A DNA stretch of 33,135 bases from Chiloscyllium plagiosum. Its lineage: Eukaryota. The position numbers were made by a program, and so were the translations under genes. Shown piece by piece: positions 22,006 to 33,135 of the stretch. Every line of letters starts with the position of its first letter. The first letter of the stretch is position 1. The stretch spans positions 81,565,718 through 81,598,852 of the forward strand of contig NC_057718.1 in NCBI RefSeq assembly GCF_004010195.1, written 5' to 3'. The notes beneath the pieces were generated by a model. It was given only the letters and a program-made list of their open reading frames with translations. It searched no databases and was not told where the DNA came from.

Positions 22006-24430
22006 TCAAAGAGTACATGTGGCAAACATGACACACACCTCAAGGATGTTGTTGAAAGGATTGAAGCCTAAGTAATATACCCAAAAAGAAATGGACACCA
22101 GGCACAATTTGCCAAGATTAATGCTGGTGCCAGTGAAAATATCACTCCTTTATACATCTTACATTAAACGTACACAGGAAACTGGCAAAATGTGCTGCAG
22201 TCTACACAAGATATTCCATCTATTTGCAATGACAATTGCAATTGAGTCAATTGATACCCAAAACCCTTAGTTCATTGAAAGAGATAGGCTTCATATTACT
22301 AGTCTGCCAGTACACACAATTCTATGGACATCACAAACCACAACACTGGATCTATCCATGACCTGACTAACTTTTAACTAGACTCATTTGATGATGTCAG
22401 CAACTTTAAAGGTAATGCGTTAGTAGATCTGAAAGATGATGCCTAACCCAGGCTCAAGCCTCCTTGTAAACATAGCATTCACATTCCAAAGAAGCTCAAA
22501 CTGGAATTGAATTACATGGTACAATACAACCGTGTGTGAAAAGCCAAGTAACACACAAATTGGTGCATTTGCATTGCTTGCGTTTTGAAGAAAGATGCAG
22601 CAACAGACATGCATTTTAACATTCGAGGTGCCCAAATATTGCACTAAAACTCAGCTGCTGAGTTTTTTGTCCAAGCTTGTTGCTAAGGATCTATGTTAAT
22701 GCAGTCCACATATCTTTCCCCAAAGTCAGAACACCTTTCGGTAAACACCTTTTTTGTCAGATTACCATTAGCTAAGATGTATTCCAAAAATCTATGGATC
22801 ATGTCATTGAGAAACTGCCAGATTGCTTTTAACATTTCAGATGACATTGCACTTGTCTGAAGAACTAACCGGGAGAATGATGTAAACCTCCATCAGTTCA
22901 TATCAGCAGCAGGGAAACATGAACTTGTTTTCGACAATAAAGTAAGTAAAGTCATCATAGTCCCACAAGGCTGCTCTCTCAAGGGAGAGAAACTACTGGT
23001 GATGATGAGCCAAATCAATTTCTTTGGTTCAATCTACTTGTCAACTGCGGTTAGATCTGATCCTACCAAAATAGAAAACATACTGAGATGCCTACACAGC
23101 AAGACAAATTGGCTGACAAAGGTATCTCTGTTTCCTTCATTGTTTATTCCTGTATGTTCTGAACTTTGTGATTAAGGTCTTTGAGATCTTTGCTGCAAAG
23201 GTACACCATACACTTAGCAGGAAAATCACTATTATATTTTGTGCAATTCAATATTATGTTCTGACCAAGCTTACTGTATTGGAAATAGATGTCTATTAGC
23301 ATGGTTATCACTCATTTAGAACCCCTTACCTCATTAATATGCAGCTTCCCATTCCATCACCCATCAGATAGAAACTAGACACGGAGAATTCACAACGTGT
23401 AAGTCAGAATGGTTCACCACTTGCTCCTCCATCTTGAACACCCATACTCTCAGAGTATGCTCCATGGGTAGTGACTACAGCTGTCCTACAGGCACGAACA
23501 TTGTCATCTGACATGTATCAGCTTTACAACATGCATCAGACCCATCTCTGACCCACTTATAGGATGCTTCTGCACTGTAAAGCTGTTCTTTGGAGCACCA
23601 TTGGAAAGCTGATACCAGCTATGTACACATGGAGACAAACAACCAGCTGACAGGTTTGGTCGTGCTGCACCTCAGGGATCTTTGCTCACTCACTTTGTGC
23701 CTACTTCAATACTTGGTGTATCCATGCCTGGCCTTGCCTTCTGGTGTTTCATCCTCTCAGCTGTCCCTGAAGGTTTTCCTGTATGTAATGGTCCCACGTC
23801 GAACAATGACAAGATGCTGGGCTATGGTGGGCAGTGGGAAAACAACAGCATTGGCTTAGACAGAGGTTTAAGATGGGATGTTGCTAAGGACAATAAGCTG
23901 TGTACTGGTGCATAAAAGCATTGGGTGGAGGAGCATTGGTTTGTGGTAATTGTCACACTTTGTTCATGTGAAAAACAGCTCTGGATTGCCAACGCTTAAT
24001 CAGGTGTGAAGCTCGGAATCAAAATGGCCCTAGTGCCAGGAATCCCGGAGTATCTCAGTAATTGTGAAGGGCTTACAGCGGGTCGGACAATCGAGTTGGC
24101 ATTGAATGAACCAGGCACCATAGTGTCATGGTATCTAGTCAATGAGGTGAGTTTTGAGTGCCAGCATGAGAAACACTTGAGGGCTCACGGGGAGAAAATG
24201 ACAGCTGACTTCTGGTCAGATTCAGCCCAATATGCACCCTTGTACATATTTATCATAGGAGGAAAAAGAATTATGTTGTATTAAGACATAGATTTCAGAG
24301 GAGACAAGCATGTAGCGTTAAGACAGTTATATGACTTCATGGCATGTGATGCTTTGTATAAAAGTACACACCTCACCAACTCTATACGGTGGACACAATG
24401 TAGTATCTTCAATCAGTCAGCTATGTGAAT

Positions 24431-24750
24431 TTTTTTTTAAAGATTAGATTACTTACAGTGTGGAAACAGGCCCTTCGGCCCAATAAGTTCACACCGACCC
24501 GCCAAAGCGCAACCCATCCAGACCCATTTCCCTACATTTACCCCCTCACCTACTGGCAATTTAGCATGGCCAACTCACCTAACCTGCACTTTTTGGACAG
24601 AGGGAGGAGACTGGAGCACCCGGAGGAAACCCATGCAGACATGGGGAGAACGTACAAACTCCACACAATCAGTCGCCTGAGGCGGGAATTGAACCCGGGT
24701 CTCTGACGCTGTGAGGCAGCAGTGCTAACCACTGTGCCACCGTGCTGCCC
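24431..24750 (-). mobile_element. HE1-like V-SINE with A tail and TSD
   Basis: Full-length reversed copy; TSD GTGAAT at 24425-24430 and 24751-24756. Confidence 0.93.
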
Positions 24751-25586
24751 GTGAATGTAACAGAATTAAGCACAGAACACACACTATGGGCAGAATTTAA
24801 TAAGGGCTTGAATAACGAGACATCTGAGTAAATTGCATGGAAAATCCAGCCAGGCCTTTCTCAAAGTCAGGAACTACATTTTTGAACAGAATACCAGGTA
24901 TGGGGTTGAGATACCTTGTCTGGCAGGGATCAGATGCATGTTATAGGTGATTATTGCTTGTTGTCAGCCTAATTAACAACAGGCTTCACCTCACTAATAT
25001 GTAACCTCCTATTCTGACACCTGTCACAGGGGAACAAGGCATGGAAAATTCGAGATATGAGTATCTGAGTAGGTACATGGCGACACCAGTTCTCTACTTG
25101 CTCCATCCTGAATACCCATCACTGAATATTTACAGGACACACCTGGACTTAAAAGCACCTCAGGGTGCACTGACATCAACCATTGGCATGCTGCTGCAAG
25201 GATACTTTACACAGAGAAGCACCCAGCTGAAGGACTGGGCCAAGCTACACCTCAGGGCTGTTGGCCTGCTCTCTCAGCACCCACTCACTTTGAGCGTAGC
25301 TGGTCTTGCCTTTTTGCACTTTGCCCACTTAGAGCTACCCATGTCATGGTATTTCCACCTTGCCTTGTCGTTTAGCCCAAACCCAAGAAGACTGCCACAG
25401 TTGACTGTAGTCCTCGGTCAAGTCAAGGGAACTAGCCTTCACTTGGAATTGTCAATCATGGCAGCCTCTGATACCAGTCCAGAGCCCAGAAGCTGGTCAG
25501 TCAGGGTCAGGGTTTTCTCCTCATAAGGGATGAGAATCGAAATGTCGGATAGCTCACCACCTGGCTTTGATCTTTCTGCCCTGTTG

Positions 25587-26858
25587 TTTTTTTTTTAATT
25601 CATTGTTGGATGTAGGCATCGCTGGCTAGCCAGCATTGATAGCCCATCTCTATTTGCCCTTGAGAAGGTGGTGGTGCCTTCTTGAATCGCTGCAGTCCAC
25701 TCGCTGTGGGTTAACCCATAATGCCATTAGGGAGGGAATTCCAGGATTTTGACCGAACAACTGTAAAGGAATGGTAGTATATTTCCAAGTCAGGGTGGTG
25801 AGTGGCTTGGAGGGGAACTTGCAGGTGGTGGTGTTCCCAAGTACCTGCTGCCCTTGTTGTTTTAGGTGGAAGTGGTCGTGGGTTTGGAAGGTGCAGTCGA
25901 AGGATCTTTGGTGAATTTCTGCAGTGCATCTTGTAAATAGTACACACTGCTGCTACTGAGTGCCAGTGGTGGAGGGATTGAATGTTTGTAGATGTGGTGC
26001 CTATCAAGTGGGTTGCTTTGTCCTGGATGGTGTCAAGCTTCTTGAGTGTTATTGGAGCTGCACCCATCCAGGCAGGTGGAGTGTATTCCACCACACTACT
26101 TGTGCCTGTAGATGGTGGATAGACTTTGGGGTATCAGGAGGTGAGTTACTCGCCGCAGTATCCCGAGTCTCTGACCTGCTCTTGTAGCCACTGTGTTTAT
26201 TTGGTGAGTCCAGTTGAGCTTCTGGTCAATGGTAACCCCAAGGATGTTGACAGTAGGGGGTTCAGTGATGGTAAAGCATCGAATGTCAAGGGGCAGTGGT
26301 TAGAGTGTCTCTTATTGGTGATGGTCGTCGTCTGGCATTTGTGTGACGCAAATGTTACTTGCCACTTGTCGGCCCAAGCCTGGATATTGTCCAGCTCTTG
26401 TTGCATTTGAGCACGGACTGCTTCAGTATCTGAGGGGTTGCAAATGGTGCTGAACACTGTGCAATCATTAGCGAACATTCCCACTTCTGACCTTATGACA
26501 GAGGGAAGGTCATTAATGAAGCAGCTGAAGATTGTTGGGCCTGGGACACGCCCCTGAGGGAATCCTCGAGAGATGTCGTGGAGCTGAGATGACTGTGCCT
26601 CCACAACCACAACTATCTTCCTTTCTGCCAGGTATGACTGTAACCTGTGAAATGTTTACCCCCATACCCATTGATTCCAGTTTTGCCAGGGCTCCTTGAT
26701 GCCATACTCGGTCAAATGGGGCCTTGATGTCAAGGGCTGTCACTCTCACCTCACCACTGGAATTCAGCTCTTTTGTCCATGTTTGAACCAAGGCTGTAAT
26801 TAAATCAAGAGCTAAGTGAGCCTGGCAAACCCCAAACTGGGTGTCACTGAGCAGGTTG
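25587..26858 (-). mobile_element. 5'-truncated LINE of the CR1/L2 group (family distinct from HER1)
   Basis: QFG, ALDIKAPFDRVWHQG, PQGRVPGPTIFSCFINDL, MFANDC (FADD-like) and KSWNSLP; poly(A) end seen as a T-run at 25587-25596. Confidence 0.88.
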
Positions 26859-27126
26859 TGGGCTGTGGTCTCCTGGAATGAGAGACAAGGATGAATGAAG
26901 GGAGATGAAACTGGCTGCACAGCTGTTAGTGCTGGTGCAGGTGAGGGAAAAGTGGTTGGTGTTCCCAAGTGATGAGTAGGCTGCACAGAGGGCATGCAAG
27001 ATTAATGGCAGAGACTTAAGGGAATTGGTAAAAGTGAGTGAAAGAGAGAGTGGGAAGAATATAAGACTTGTTAAGCTTGACTGTTTCAATTATGAGGAGG
27101 GGTTCTACACTACATTGCAGCCTCAG

Positions 27127-27830
27127 ATTCTTTTCATTTCAAAAACATACCTTATTCATAAAATATCTGTTTGTATACATAAATAGTCACAAACGCAGTT
27201 CAATTCTGTGCAGTTATATATCAAAGAAAAAAACAAACATTGGAGTTTGATCCTATCCAAAAACCAAAGACCTCTCTTACACAAACAAGACAAAATTTAC
27301 ATATATTTGAGGCAGTAGGTCCAATAACTAAGAATCCACCCCACTCCCCCCCCCCCCACTCCCCCCCCCAAAACAGGAATATTTCAGATGGTTGTCTTTT
27401 CCCAACGTACCTTGACAGCAGCTGCCCCAAGCTTTAGTGTGTCCCTCAGCACATAGTCCTGGAACTTAGAATGTGCCAGTCTGCAACACTCAGGTCAAGG
27501 TCAGCTCCTTGCTCTGGAAGCAACAAGTTTCAGAAAGATCAAAGAGTGTCATTCACTGAGGTGATGGTCCACCAGGCACAGTAGATGTTTGTCTCAGTGT
27601 ACATCCCAGGCAACAAATCGTACACCATAGACTCCCACATCACAAAGCTAGCTGCTCGGGACAAACCTCGACAAAAACCACTGCACCTCTCTTCAGACAC
27701 AAAGACACATTCCAACAGATGTAAGACAGTGTCAAACCCCCACAGCTGCTCCAAAGTTACATGAAGGATCTCACAGGTGCCCATCTCACCACCAGCCAAG
27801 CAATGTTTTGGTGTTTTCTGGAAATTTACA
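27127..27830 (-). mobile_element. Tx1/L1-type LINE 3' end
   Basis: ORF2 C-terminus DTVLHLLECVF, YTETNIYCAWWTITSVNDTL and CCRLAHSKFQDYVLRDTLKLGAAA, followed by a G-rich 3' UTR. Confidence 0.75.
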
Positions 27831-27901
27831 ATGCTACCTGTAGTGGTTAACAATCACACAACACCAGGTTATAGTCCAACAGGTTTAATTGGAAGCACAC
27901 T

Positions 27902-28198
27902 ATTACGTGTGGGAACACCTCCCACCTTGTACATGGCAGGTACTCATGTGACTCAGCCAACGTTGTCTATCTTATATGTTGCAGGCAAGGATGCCCAGAG
28001 GCATGGCACATTGGGGAAACCGAGCAAAGGCTACAACAACGGATGAATGGGCACCGCACAACAATCAACAGACAGGAGGGTTCCCTCCCAGTTGGGGAAC
28101 ACTTCAGTGGTCCAGGACATTCAGCCTCGGACCTTCGGGTGACCATCCTCCAAGGTGGACTTCGGGACAGGCAGCAGAGAAAAGTGGCCGAGCAGAGG
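27902..28198 (+). pseudogene. PLE GIY-YIG endonuclease fragment
   Basis: Open frame ...YSCDSANVVYLICCRQGCPEAWHIGETEQRLQQRMNGH...VGEHF...VAEQR (VVY / HIG / R / E motifs); it runs into the gap. Confidence 0.88.
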
Positions 28199-28549
28199 NN
28201 NNNNNNNNNNNNNNNNNNNNNNNNNNNNNNNNNNNNNNNNNNNNNNNNNNNNNNNNNNNNNNNNNNNNNNNNNNNNNNNNNNNNNNNNNNNNNNNNNNNN
28301 NNNNNNNNNNNNNNNNNNNNNNNNNNNNNNNNNNNNNNNNNNNNNNNNNNNNNNNNNNNNNNNNNNNNNNNNNNNNNNNNNNNNNNNNNNNNNNNNNNNN
28401 NNNNNNNNNNNNNNNNNNNNNNNNNNNNNNNNNNNNNNNNNNNNNNNNNNNNNNNNNNNNNNNNNNNNNNNNNNNNNNNNNNNNNNNNNNNNNNNNNNNN
28501 NNNNNNNNNNNNNNNNNNNNNNNNNNNNNNNNNNNNNNNNNNNNNNNNN
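28199..28549. other. Assembly gap (351 N)
   Basis: Run of N. Confidence 1.
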
Positions 28550-28717
28550 TTTTAAAAAAAGGGTTTTGTGATTTACACATGAAAGAAGTGAAACTATCAC
28601 TGTATTCTAACAGATGAAAGGCTTAACAGACAATCAATTCTTCAATGTATAATTTCAGTTACATCACACTGCAAATTTTTGCTATAGATTCTGTGTTACG
28701 ATCGAGCCCTCCACAAT

Positions 28718-28752
28718 CACCTGATGAAGGAGCGTCGCTCTGAAAGCTGGTG
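28718..28752 (+). ncRNA. Minimal hammerhead ribozyme motif, distinct family
   Basis: cac-CTGATGA-A-GGAGC-GTC-GCTCT-GAAA-GCTG-gtg. AGCT palindrome; helix I cac/gtg; the triplet is CUG here, probably from CUA. Confidence 0.75.
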
Positions 28753-28859
28753 TGCTTCCAATTAAACCTGTTGGACTATAACCCGGTGTTGTGTGATTTT
28801 TAACTTTGTACACCCCAGTCCAACACCGGCATCTCCGAATCATGACCTGTAGTGGTGCA

Positions 28860-29200
28860 TGTGACACGTGTTGTACAGTCTGAGTATCCATCAGTATGAC
28901 ATATTGTACAGTCTGAGTTTGTATTTGTATGTATCTCAGTTGTGATGCTGCTTGTATTCACATATGGGTGATGAAAAATGTACAGTCTGATATTGCACTG
29001 TTACAATTATCGTGTGTCTGTGATATACAGTCTGACACATGGCAGTACATGGGAGTTATGAAATTGCCTGTACTGGTATAGTCTGAGTTACAATGAGGTC
29101 TGTGTTGATATGTGTAATTTATAGTGCTGCCTCTATCTGTACATGTGACGCACAGTCTGAATTAGCACATATCGTATAGGTGTATGTACAGCTGAATCCC
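28860..29200 (+). repeat. Degenerate minisatellite with recurring (TGT)ACAGTCTGA
   Basis: The motif recurs near 28875, 28906, 28980, 29027, 29079 and 29152. Confidence 0.6.
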
Positions 29201-29489
29201 AATGTAAAACTTGCATATAGAGATAATCTCGCTCCATGTCTCATTTTAATGTTTGAATGCATGGCTGGGACTCCTGTTTAACTTGTAGTGTTCAAGCATT
29301 TCCTTTCTGGAGGCACTTTTAGATTTGATTTTATACCAACGGGAACCATATTGATTCCAGTATAATAATCCAAGTAGACTATCTATTTTACATGGTGTCA
29401 CACCTCTTGACTTTGAGCCACCATAGACAACAAATAAAAACTTCTCTACCCTCCTCAACTCCTGAGCTTTACTTTCGGTCTTCCTTTGA

Positions 29490-29710
29490 CAGAACTAGTG
29501 GAGAGAGTTCACTTGGGTGTCCTTGCCAGATTCTTCCCACATTGACACTAACAGCAGCTGAACTGGTCATTATCTCTTGGCGGGTTACTATGTGCAAAAT
29601 TGCTTGCTGCTTTCTTACATGACTACACCTCAAAAAGTACTTCAATTATGCGAAGCAATTTGGGATGCCTGAGGTCAGAAAGTGTGCTTTATAGACTGTA
29701 AGCTTTTCTG
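29490..29710 (+). mobile_element. Decayed SacSINE1/Deu-SINE-like 3' half
   Basis: ggtgtccttgcca..ctggtcattatc..tgtgcaaaattg..gactacacctcaaaaagtacttca..tttgggatgcctgaggtc. Confidence 0.65.
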
Positions 29711-29904
29711 TCTCACAGGAAATTCAAACCCTTCCTCGTTTTGACTCAACCACTATGTCCAGCATTTTCTGCTTTTGCTTCATATTCTTGGCAAATGTTG
29801 GATGTTCTTCCCTTCATCCCACATCCTTTTGTTGTTGTTTTATTTGATTTAATCCTGTAGTCTTTTCTTTGCATGTGTGGAGAGAGAGCCATTGTTTTAT
29901 TTAC

Positions 29905-30102
29905 TTTTAGCTTAGGGTCATAAAATAGTTTCTTTTGCTCGACTTGTTTTCTCAAGGTCATGGAAGGCAGCTCTTTAAGCAGGTTGTCATGGAGATGCAC
30001 AGATGGTTGTGAGGGGTCTTCCCACAGAGGACACTTTTTGGCCAGGTACAATTTGGCATGGGTCAAGTAATAGCAGCCAGAACTCCCATTGACTGGTAAT
30101 AT
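29905..30102 (-). CDS. Candidate 198-nt coding exon of unidentified host gene
   Basis: Strong acceptor ttatttcagcttcctttccag; donor AAA|GTAAAT. It encodes 66 codons in phase 0-0 (ILPVNGSSGCYY...KLFYDPKLK); the other two frames contain stops. Confidence 0.45.
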
Positions 30103-31074
30103 CTGGAAAGGAAGCTGAAATAATGAACAGAGCAGAACCAATTGAAACAAAATAAGGATTTATTTAAACAGTGAACCAAGCACAGAATGCAGGAGAACCT
30201 AAAGGTTTTCTCACATCGGTGAAGAAGATTAATAAAGGATAGAATGTTAGTGATGTGACATCTAACCCAGCCACTTGTGTATAAAACTGAGAGAAAAATA
30301 CATGTCAGGAAGAACTTGAAGCCTTGGGCAATTCTCAGCGACTGATGTTGATTTGACTGAGCTGTGTGCATCCAGTGTCCTTCACTCAATGGAGACAAAA
30401 GATGGAAGCTGTCAGAACAAATAAGCATTAGCTAAACAGAACAGAAATATTGTTGCTGTTCATATGTTTTTAGGGAGGTGAATATGCATGAAGTATCTGC
30501 AATTAACTTAGGGAGTAAGTTCCCAATCCTTCAGAATTTCCCTCCTGACTAGTCTCCAAATCACTCTCTATTGAGTAAAATCATGGTGGAGTTCAATAAT
30601 TTTGTTTCTTTTGAGTCTTGATTTACTTGCTATGAAAAAATTGGATAGGATGAGAAGGCAATTTGGCTGTCAGTCAAGAATCATCCAATTAGGTAACAAA
30701 GAGTCTACTGCTTTTCCATGAGCATTGGAAGGTGATGGCTTTGTGGGGACAAATATATCAGGCAATCAATGCTAGGAGTATTGAATGGGATCGTTACAGG
30801 TAGGAGCCATGTGATAACACCTCCAGGAACATGTCCAATACGAATTGGCAAACCTATCATGGAGGAGAAAGTGTTTGAATTTGAACTCCTGTTTGAGGAT
30901 TTCCCCTAGCACAGTGACATGGGACATTTTTAATATCTGTCCACAGCGCATTATGAAGGTACGTAGTACCCGCTGCTAATAATTGGAGTCATTGTGACTG
31001 CCCTGCTATACATGATGTCCAATAAAACCAAAGTAACTCTCTTTAAGATCTCTCCTAACTCTTAACATCTACAC

Positions 31075-31157
31075 CAAGGATCTCTTCGTTATGTTTTGAC
31101 ATATGTCTGGGGCAGGTGGGACTTGAAGCCAGACGTTCTGACCCATAAGGTAGGGTT
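31075..31157 (-). mobile_element. Short tRNA-derived SINE, partial copy 4
   Basis: gcaggtgggacttgaagcc..aggtaggg parallels 7190-7232. Confidence 0.45.
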
Positions 31158-31159
31158 AG

Positions 31160-31286
31160 GCTCAGCGAAAGAAAACTCATAACAGACTCAATCCATTAAC
31201 TTTCTCTTTCCACAGATGATGTCAGACCTACTGATAATATTCTCTTTGTATTTCAGATTTCCAGCATCCACAGTATCTTGTTTTTA
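31160..31286 (+). mobile_element. Old PLE 3' tail with eroded HHR
   Basis: cagatgatgtcagacctactg...tttcagatttccagcatccacagt follows the PLE tail layout. Confidence 0.5.
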
Positions 31287-31719
31287 CTGGATGTAAGCCT
31301 TATCCTGAAATTGGACCTCATTCACTTTGTCTTTTGTATATGAGCAGATCCTCGCCATTCATCAAATGGATTAGTTGTCCCACAGGTTCTAACATGTTAG
31401 TATCATGTATGCTTTAACCGAGTGAATATTAAGTCTGAGAAAGATTCACATCTCTTAATTCAAGAATCTCCTTTGAATTCAAATATGCTCAATTCAAATA
31501 ATCTGCTTACACAAATTGAAACTGTGTGAAATAAACTTCCTGTAGTATTTTATTAGAATTGTTTAATTGCACTACTGGATAATTAAAATCTTCTTTCTTC
31601 AGTAACATTCACCTTTAATGAACAGGAGAAAATTGTATTTCAATTTATACTAGTGACACAATACGCTGCATTTTACAGAACTTAAAACACAAATTGTATT
31701 TGTTTCAGATGGAAAAAAT

Positions 31720-31930
31720 TTATTGGGAATTCAATGGAGAAGACTGAAGAATTCTCTGACTCAAAACATTTTCATAGCAGAATTAGTTAACACTTTTAAG
31801 CAGAAATTAGTTAATTTTAAAAGAAGAATATTAAACCAAGTATTTGGAACAGACAGGAATTGGCATGCAGGAAAGTATTAAGGACAGACTTGTTGGATTG
31901 AATGAGTTATGGCTGTATTGTAACATTAAA
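31720..31930 (+). mobile_element. Very old CR1-type 3' end
   Basis: NSLTQNIFIAELVNTFKQKL resembles the CR1 ORF2 terminus and is followed by a tail-like sequence. Confidence 0.4.
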
Positions 31931-32049
31931 TGACATCGAATATTCATCAATAAGGAGATGCAAAAGATATTGATAAGGAAATGACGACTTTTTGGCTTAT
32001 TTCTATGCAGTTGCATTTTGTGGAGGAAAGAATCACAGGAATAGACCTT

Positions 32050-32620
32050 GAGTAGATGTTAGCTATAGTTCAGTGGTAACCTCTTTGAAGCAGAAAGTTA
32101 CAGTTTAATTTTCATTACAGAGACTTAACCACAGAGTCTATACTGACACCCAGTAAAAGTAAGGGAATCATAGAATCCCTATGGTGTGGAAGCAGGCCAT
32201 TTGGCCCATCAAGTTCACACTGACCCTCTGAAAAACATCTCACTTACTCTACCCTATTCCTGTAATGATGCATTTTCCATGGCTTATGCACCTAGCCTAC
32301 ACATCCCTCGACACAATGGGCAATTTAGCATAGCCAATCCACCTAACCTGTACGTCTTTGGACCATGGGAAGGCACCAGGGGATACTCATATAGAAAGAG
32401 GCAGAATGTGCAAACCCCACACAGACAATTGCACAAGAATGGAATCGAACCCAGGTCCCTGCCGCTGTGAAGCAGCACTCTTAATAACTGAGCAACCATG
32501 CCACTCTAAACTTCTGGAATGCTATATTTTGGATGAGCTGCCTGTTCTCACAAAGGTCTATTGGATTATATGGCACAAATCAAATAATAGCAGGGAAGTT
32601 GCCCTGGTGTCCTCTTTATA
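32050..32620 (+). mobile_element. Decayed Deu-SINE-like element split by an HE1 SINE and cut by a PLE
   Basis: 5' gttcagtggtaac..cagagactt..ctgacacccagt resumes at 32507 with tttggatgag..atggcac..gcagggaagttgccctggtgtcct. Confidence 0.5.
32165..32506 (-). mobile_element. Diverged HE1-like V-SINE
   Basis: Reversed B box GGAATCGAACC, V-domain and tail catagaatccctatggtgtggaagcaggcc. Confidence 0.85.
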
Positions 32621-32623
32621 ATC

Positions 32624-33135
32624 TGAGCTGAAAATGTGTTACTGGAAAAGCGCAGCAGGTCAGGCAGCATCCAGGGAACAGGAGAATCGACGTTTCGGGC
32701 ATAAGCCCTTCTTCAGGAATGAGGAAAGTTTGTCCAGCTGGCTAAGATAAAAGGTAGGGAGTAGGGACTTGGGGGAGGGTCGTCGGAAATGTGATAGGTG
32801 GAAAGAGGTCAAGGTGAGGGTGATAGGTCAGACTGGGGTGGGAGCGGAGAGGTCGGGAAGAAGATTGCAGGTTAGGAAGGCGGTGCTGAATTCGATGGAA
32901 TTGACTGAGACAAGGTGGGGGGAGGGGAAATGAGGAAACTGGTGAAATCCGAGTTCATCCCTTGTGGTTGGAGGGTTCCTAGGCGGAAGATGAGGCGCTC
33001 TTCCTCCAACCGTCGTGTTGTTGTGGTCAGGCGATGGAGGAGTCCAAAGACCTGCATATCCTTGGTGGAGAGGGAGGGGGAGTTGAAGTGTTGAGCCACA
33101 GGGTGGTTGGGTTGGTTAGTCCGGGTGTCCCAGAG
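32624..33135 (-). mobile_element. Penelope-like element 3' part (GIY-YIG C-terminus and HHR); runs off the window
   Basis: ORF 32872-33099 VAQHFNSPS..RRLEEERLIFRLGTLQPQGMNSDF, then a C-rich tract, the HHR and the PLE tail. Confidence 0.88.
32685..32720 (-). ncRNA. Minimal hammerhead ribozyme motif
   Basis: attc-CTGAAGA-A-GGGC-TTAT-GCCC-GAAA-CGTC-gatt; the core is intact. Confidence 0.82.

Larger units (their letters stand above)
20900..23310 (+). mobile_element. Decayed Ty3/Gypsy LTR retrotransposon internal region (gag-PR-RT-RNase H)
   Basis: Gag zinc knuckle CKLCSTRGYWNKMC (CX2CX4[H>Y]X4C). Protease AKINAGASEN at 22111. RT motifs TPFG (22731), NISDDIA (22831) and QINFFGSIYLSTAVRSDPTKIENI (23011). 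RNase H-like TVLEIDV at about 23273. Confidence 0.8.
27848..28844 (+). mobile_element. Penelope-like element with inverted 5' terminal copy, GIY-YIG domain, HHR and 12-bp TSD
   Basis: TSD ACCTGTAGTGGT at 27836-27847 and 28845-28856. 27846-27900 is the reverse complement of 28750-28804. Confidence 0.9.

Noticed and set aside
23320..25040. Possible decayed DNA-transposon (Harbinger-like) sequence, also at about 5000-5850 and 9940-10330
   Set aside because: This is an impression only; I could not find paired TIRs, a TSD or transposase motifs.
25041..25526. 161-aa plus-strand ORF
   Set aside because: No recognisable motif or convincing splice signals; it lies in sequence that looks like a decayed repeat.
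27337..27369. C-runs with G-quadruplex potential (also 6227-6241)
   Set aside because: They lie within LINE 3' regions where such tracts are common; there is no independent sign of function.
27976..28617. Long ORFs of 138-213 aa spanning 28.1-28.6 kb
   Set aside because: Their length comes from translating through the N gap; only the frame containing 28043 has recognisable GIY-YIG content.
28860..29200. Recurring ACAGTCTGA as a possible CRISPR-like array
   Set aside because: The repeats are about 9 bp and irregularly spaced, the context is eukaryotic, and there are no cas genes; it is a decayed minisatellite.
30949..30960. Possible 12-nt plus-strand micro-exon (ccacag|CGCATTATGAAG|gtacgt)
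   Set aside because: It is too short to distinguish from chance, and no supporting plus-strand exons were found.

Overview
This is eukaryotic, repeat-dominated DNA, almost certainly from a shark or ray. The assignment is inferred from six HE1/V-SINE-type tRNA-derived SINEs, CR1/HER1-type LINEs and SacSINE1/Deu-domain SINE remnants. No intact long ORF is present. Contents: several CR1 LINE fragments (including a SINE nested in a CR1 nested in another CR1 at 13.4-17.0 kb), a CR1/L2-group LINE, a Tx1/L1-type 3' end, a decayed Ty3/Gypsy gag-pol (about 20.9-23.3 kb), a probable solo LTR, and at least nine Penelope-like element (PLE) fragments. The main signal is seven minimal hammerhead-ribozyme (HHR) motifs, CUGANGA-A-stem II-GAAA-palindrome-NUH, from at least three PLE families. 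They show compensatory changes in stem II and in the helix III palindrome. Three of them sit in tiny 98-265 bp inserts with clean 9-13 bp target-site duplications (TSDs). A fourth PLE has an inverted terminal copy whose junction coincides with the predicted cleavage site. A few minus-strand exon-like segments may belong to an unidentified host gene. There is a 351-nt assembly gap at 28199-28549. All calls are by eye; no database search was run.
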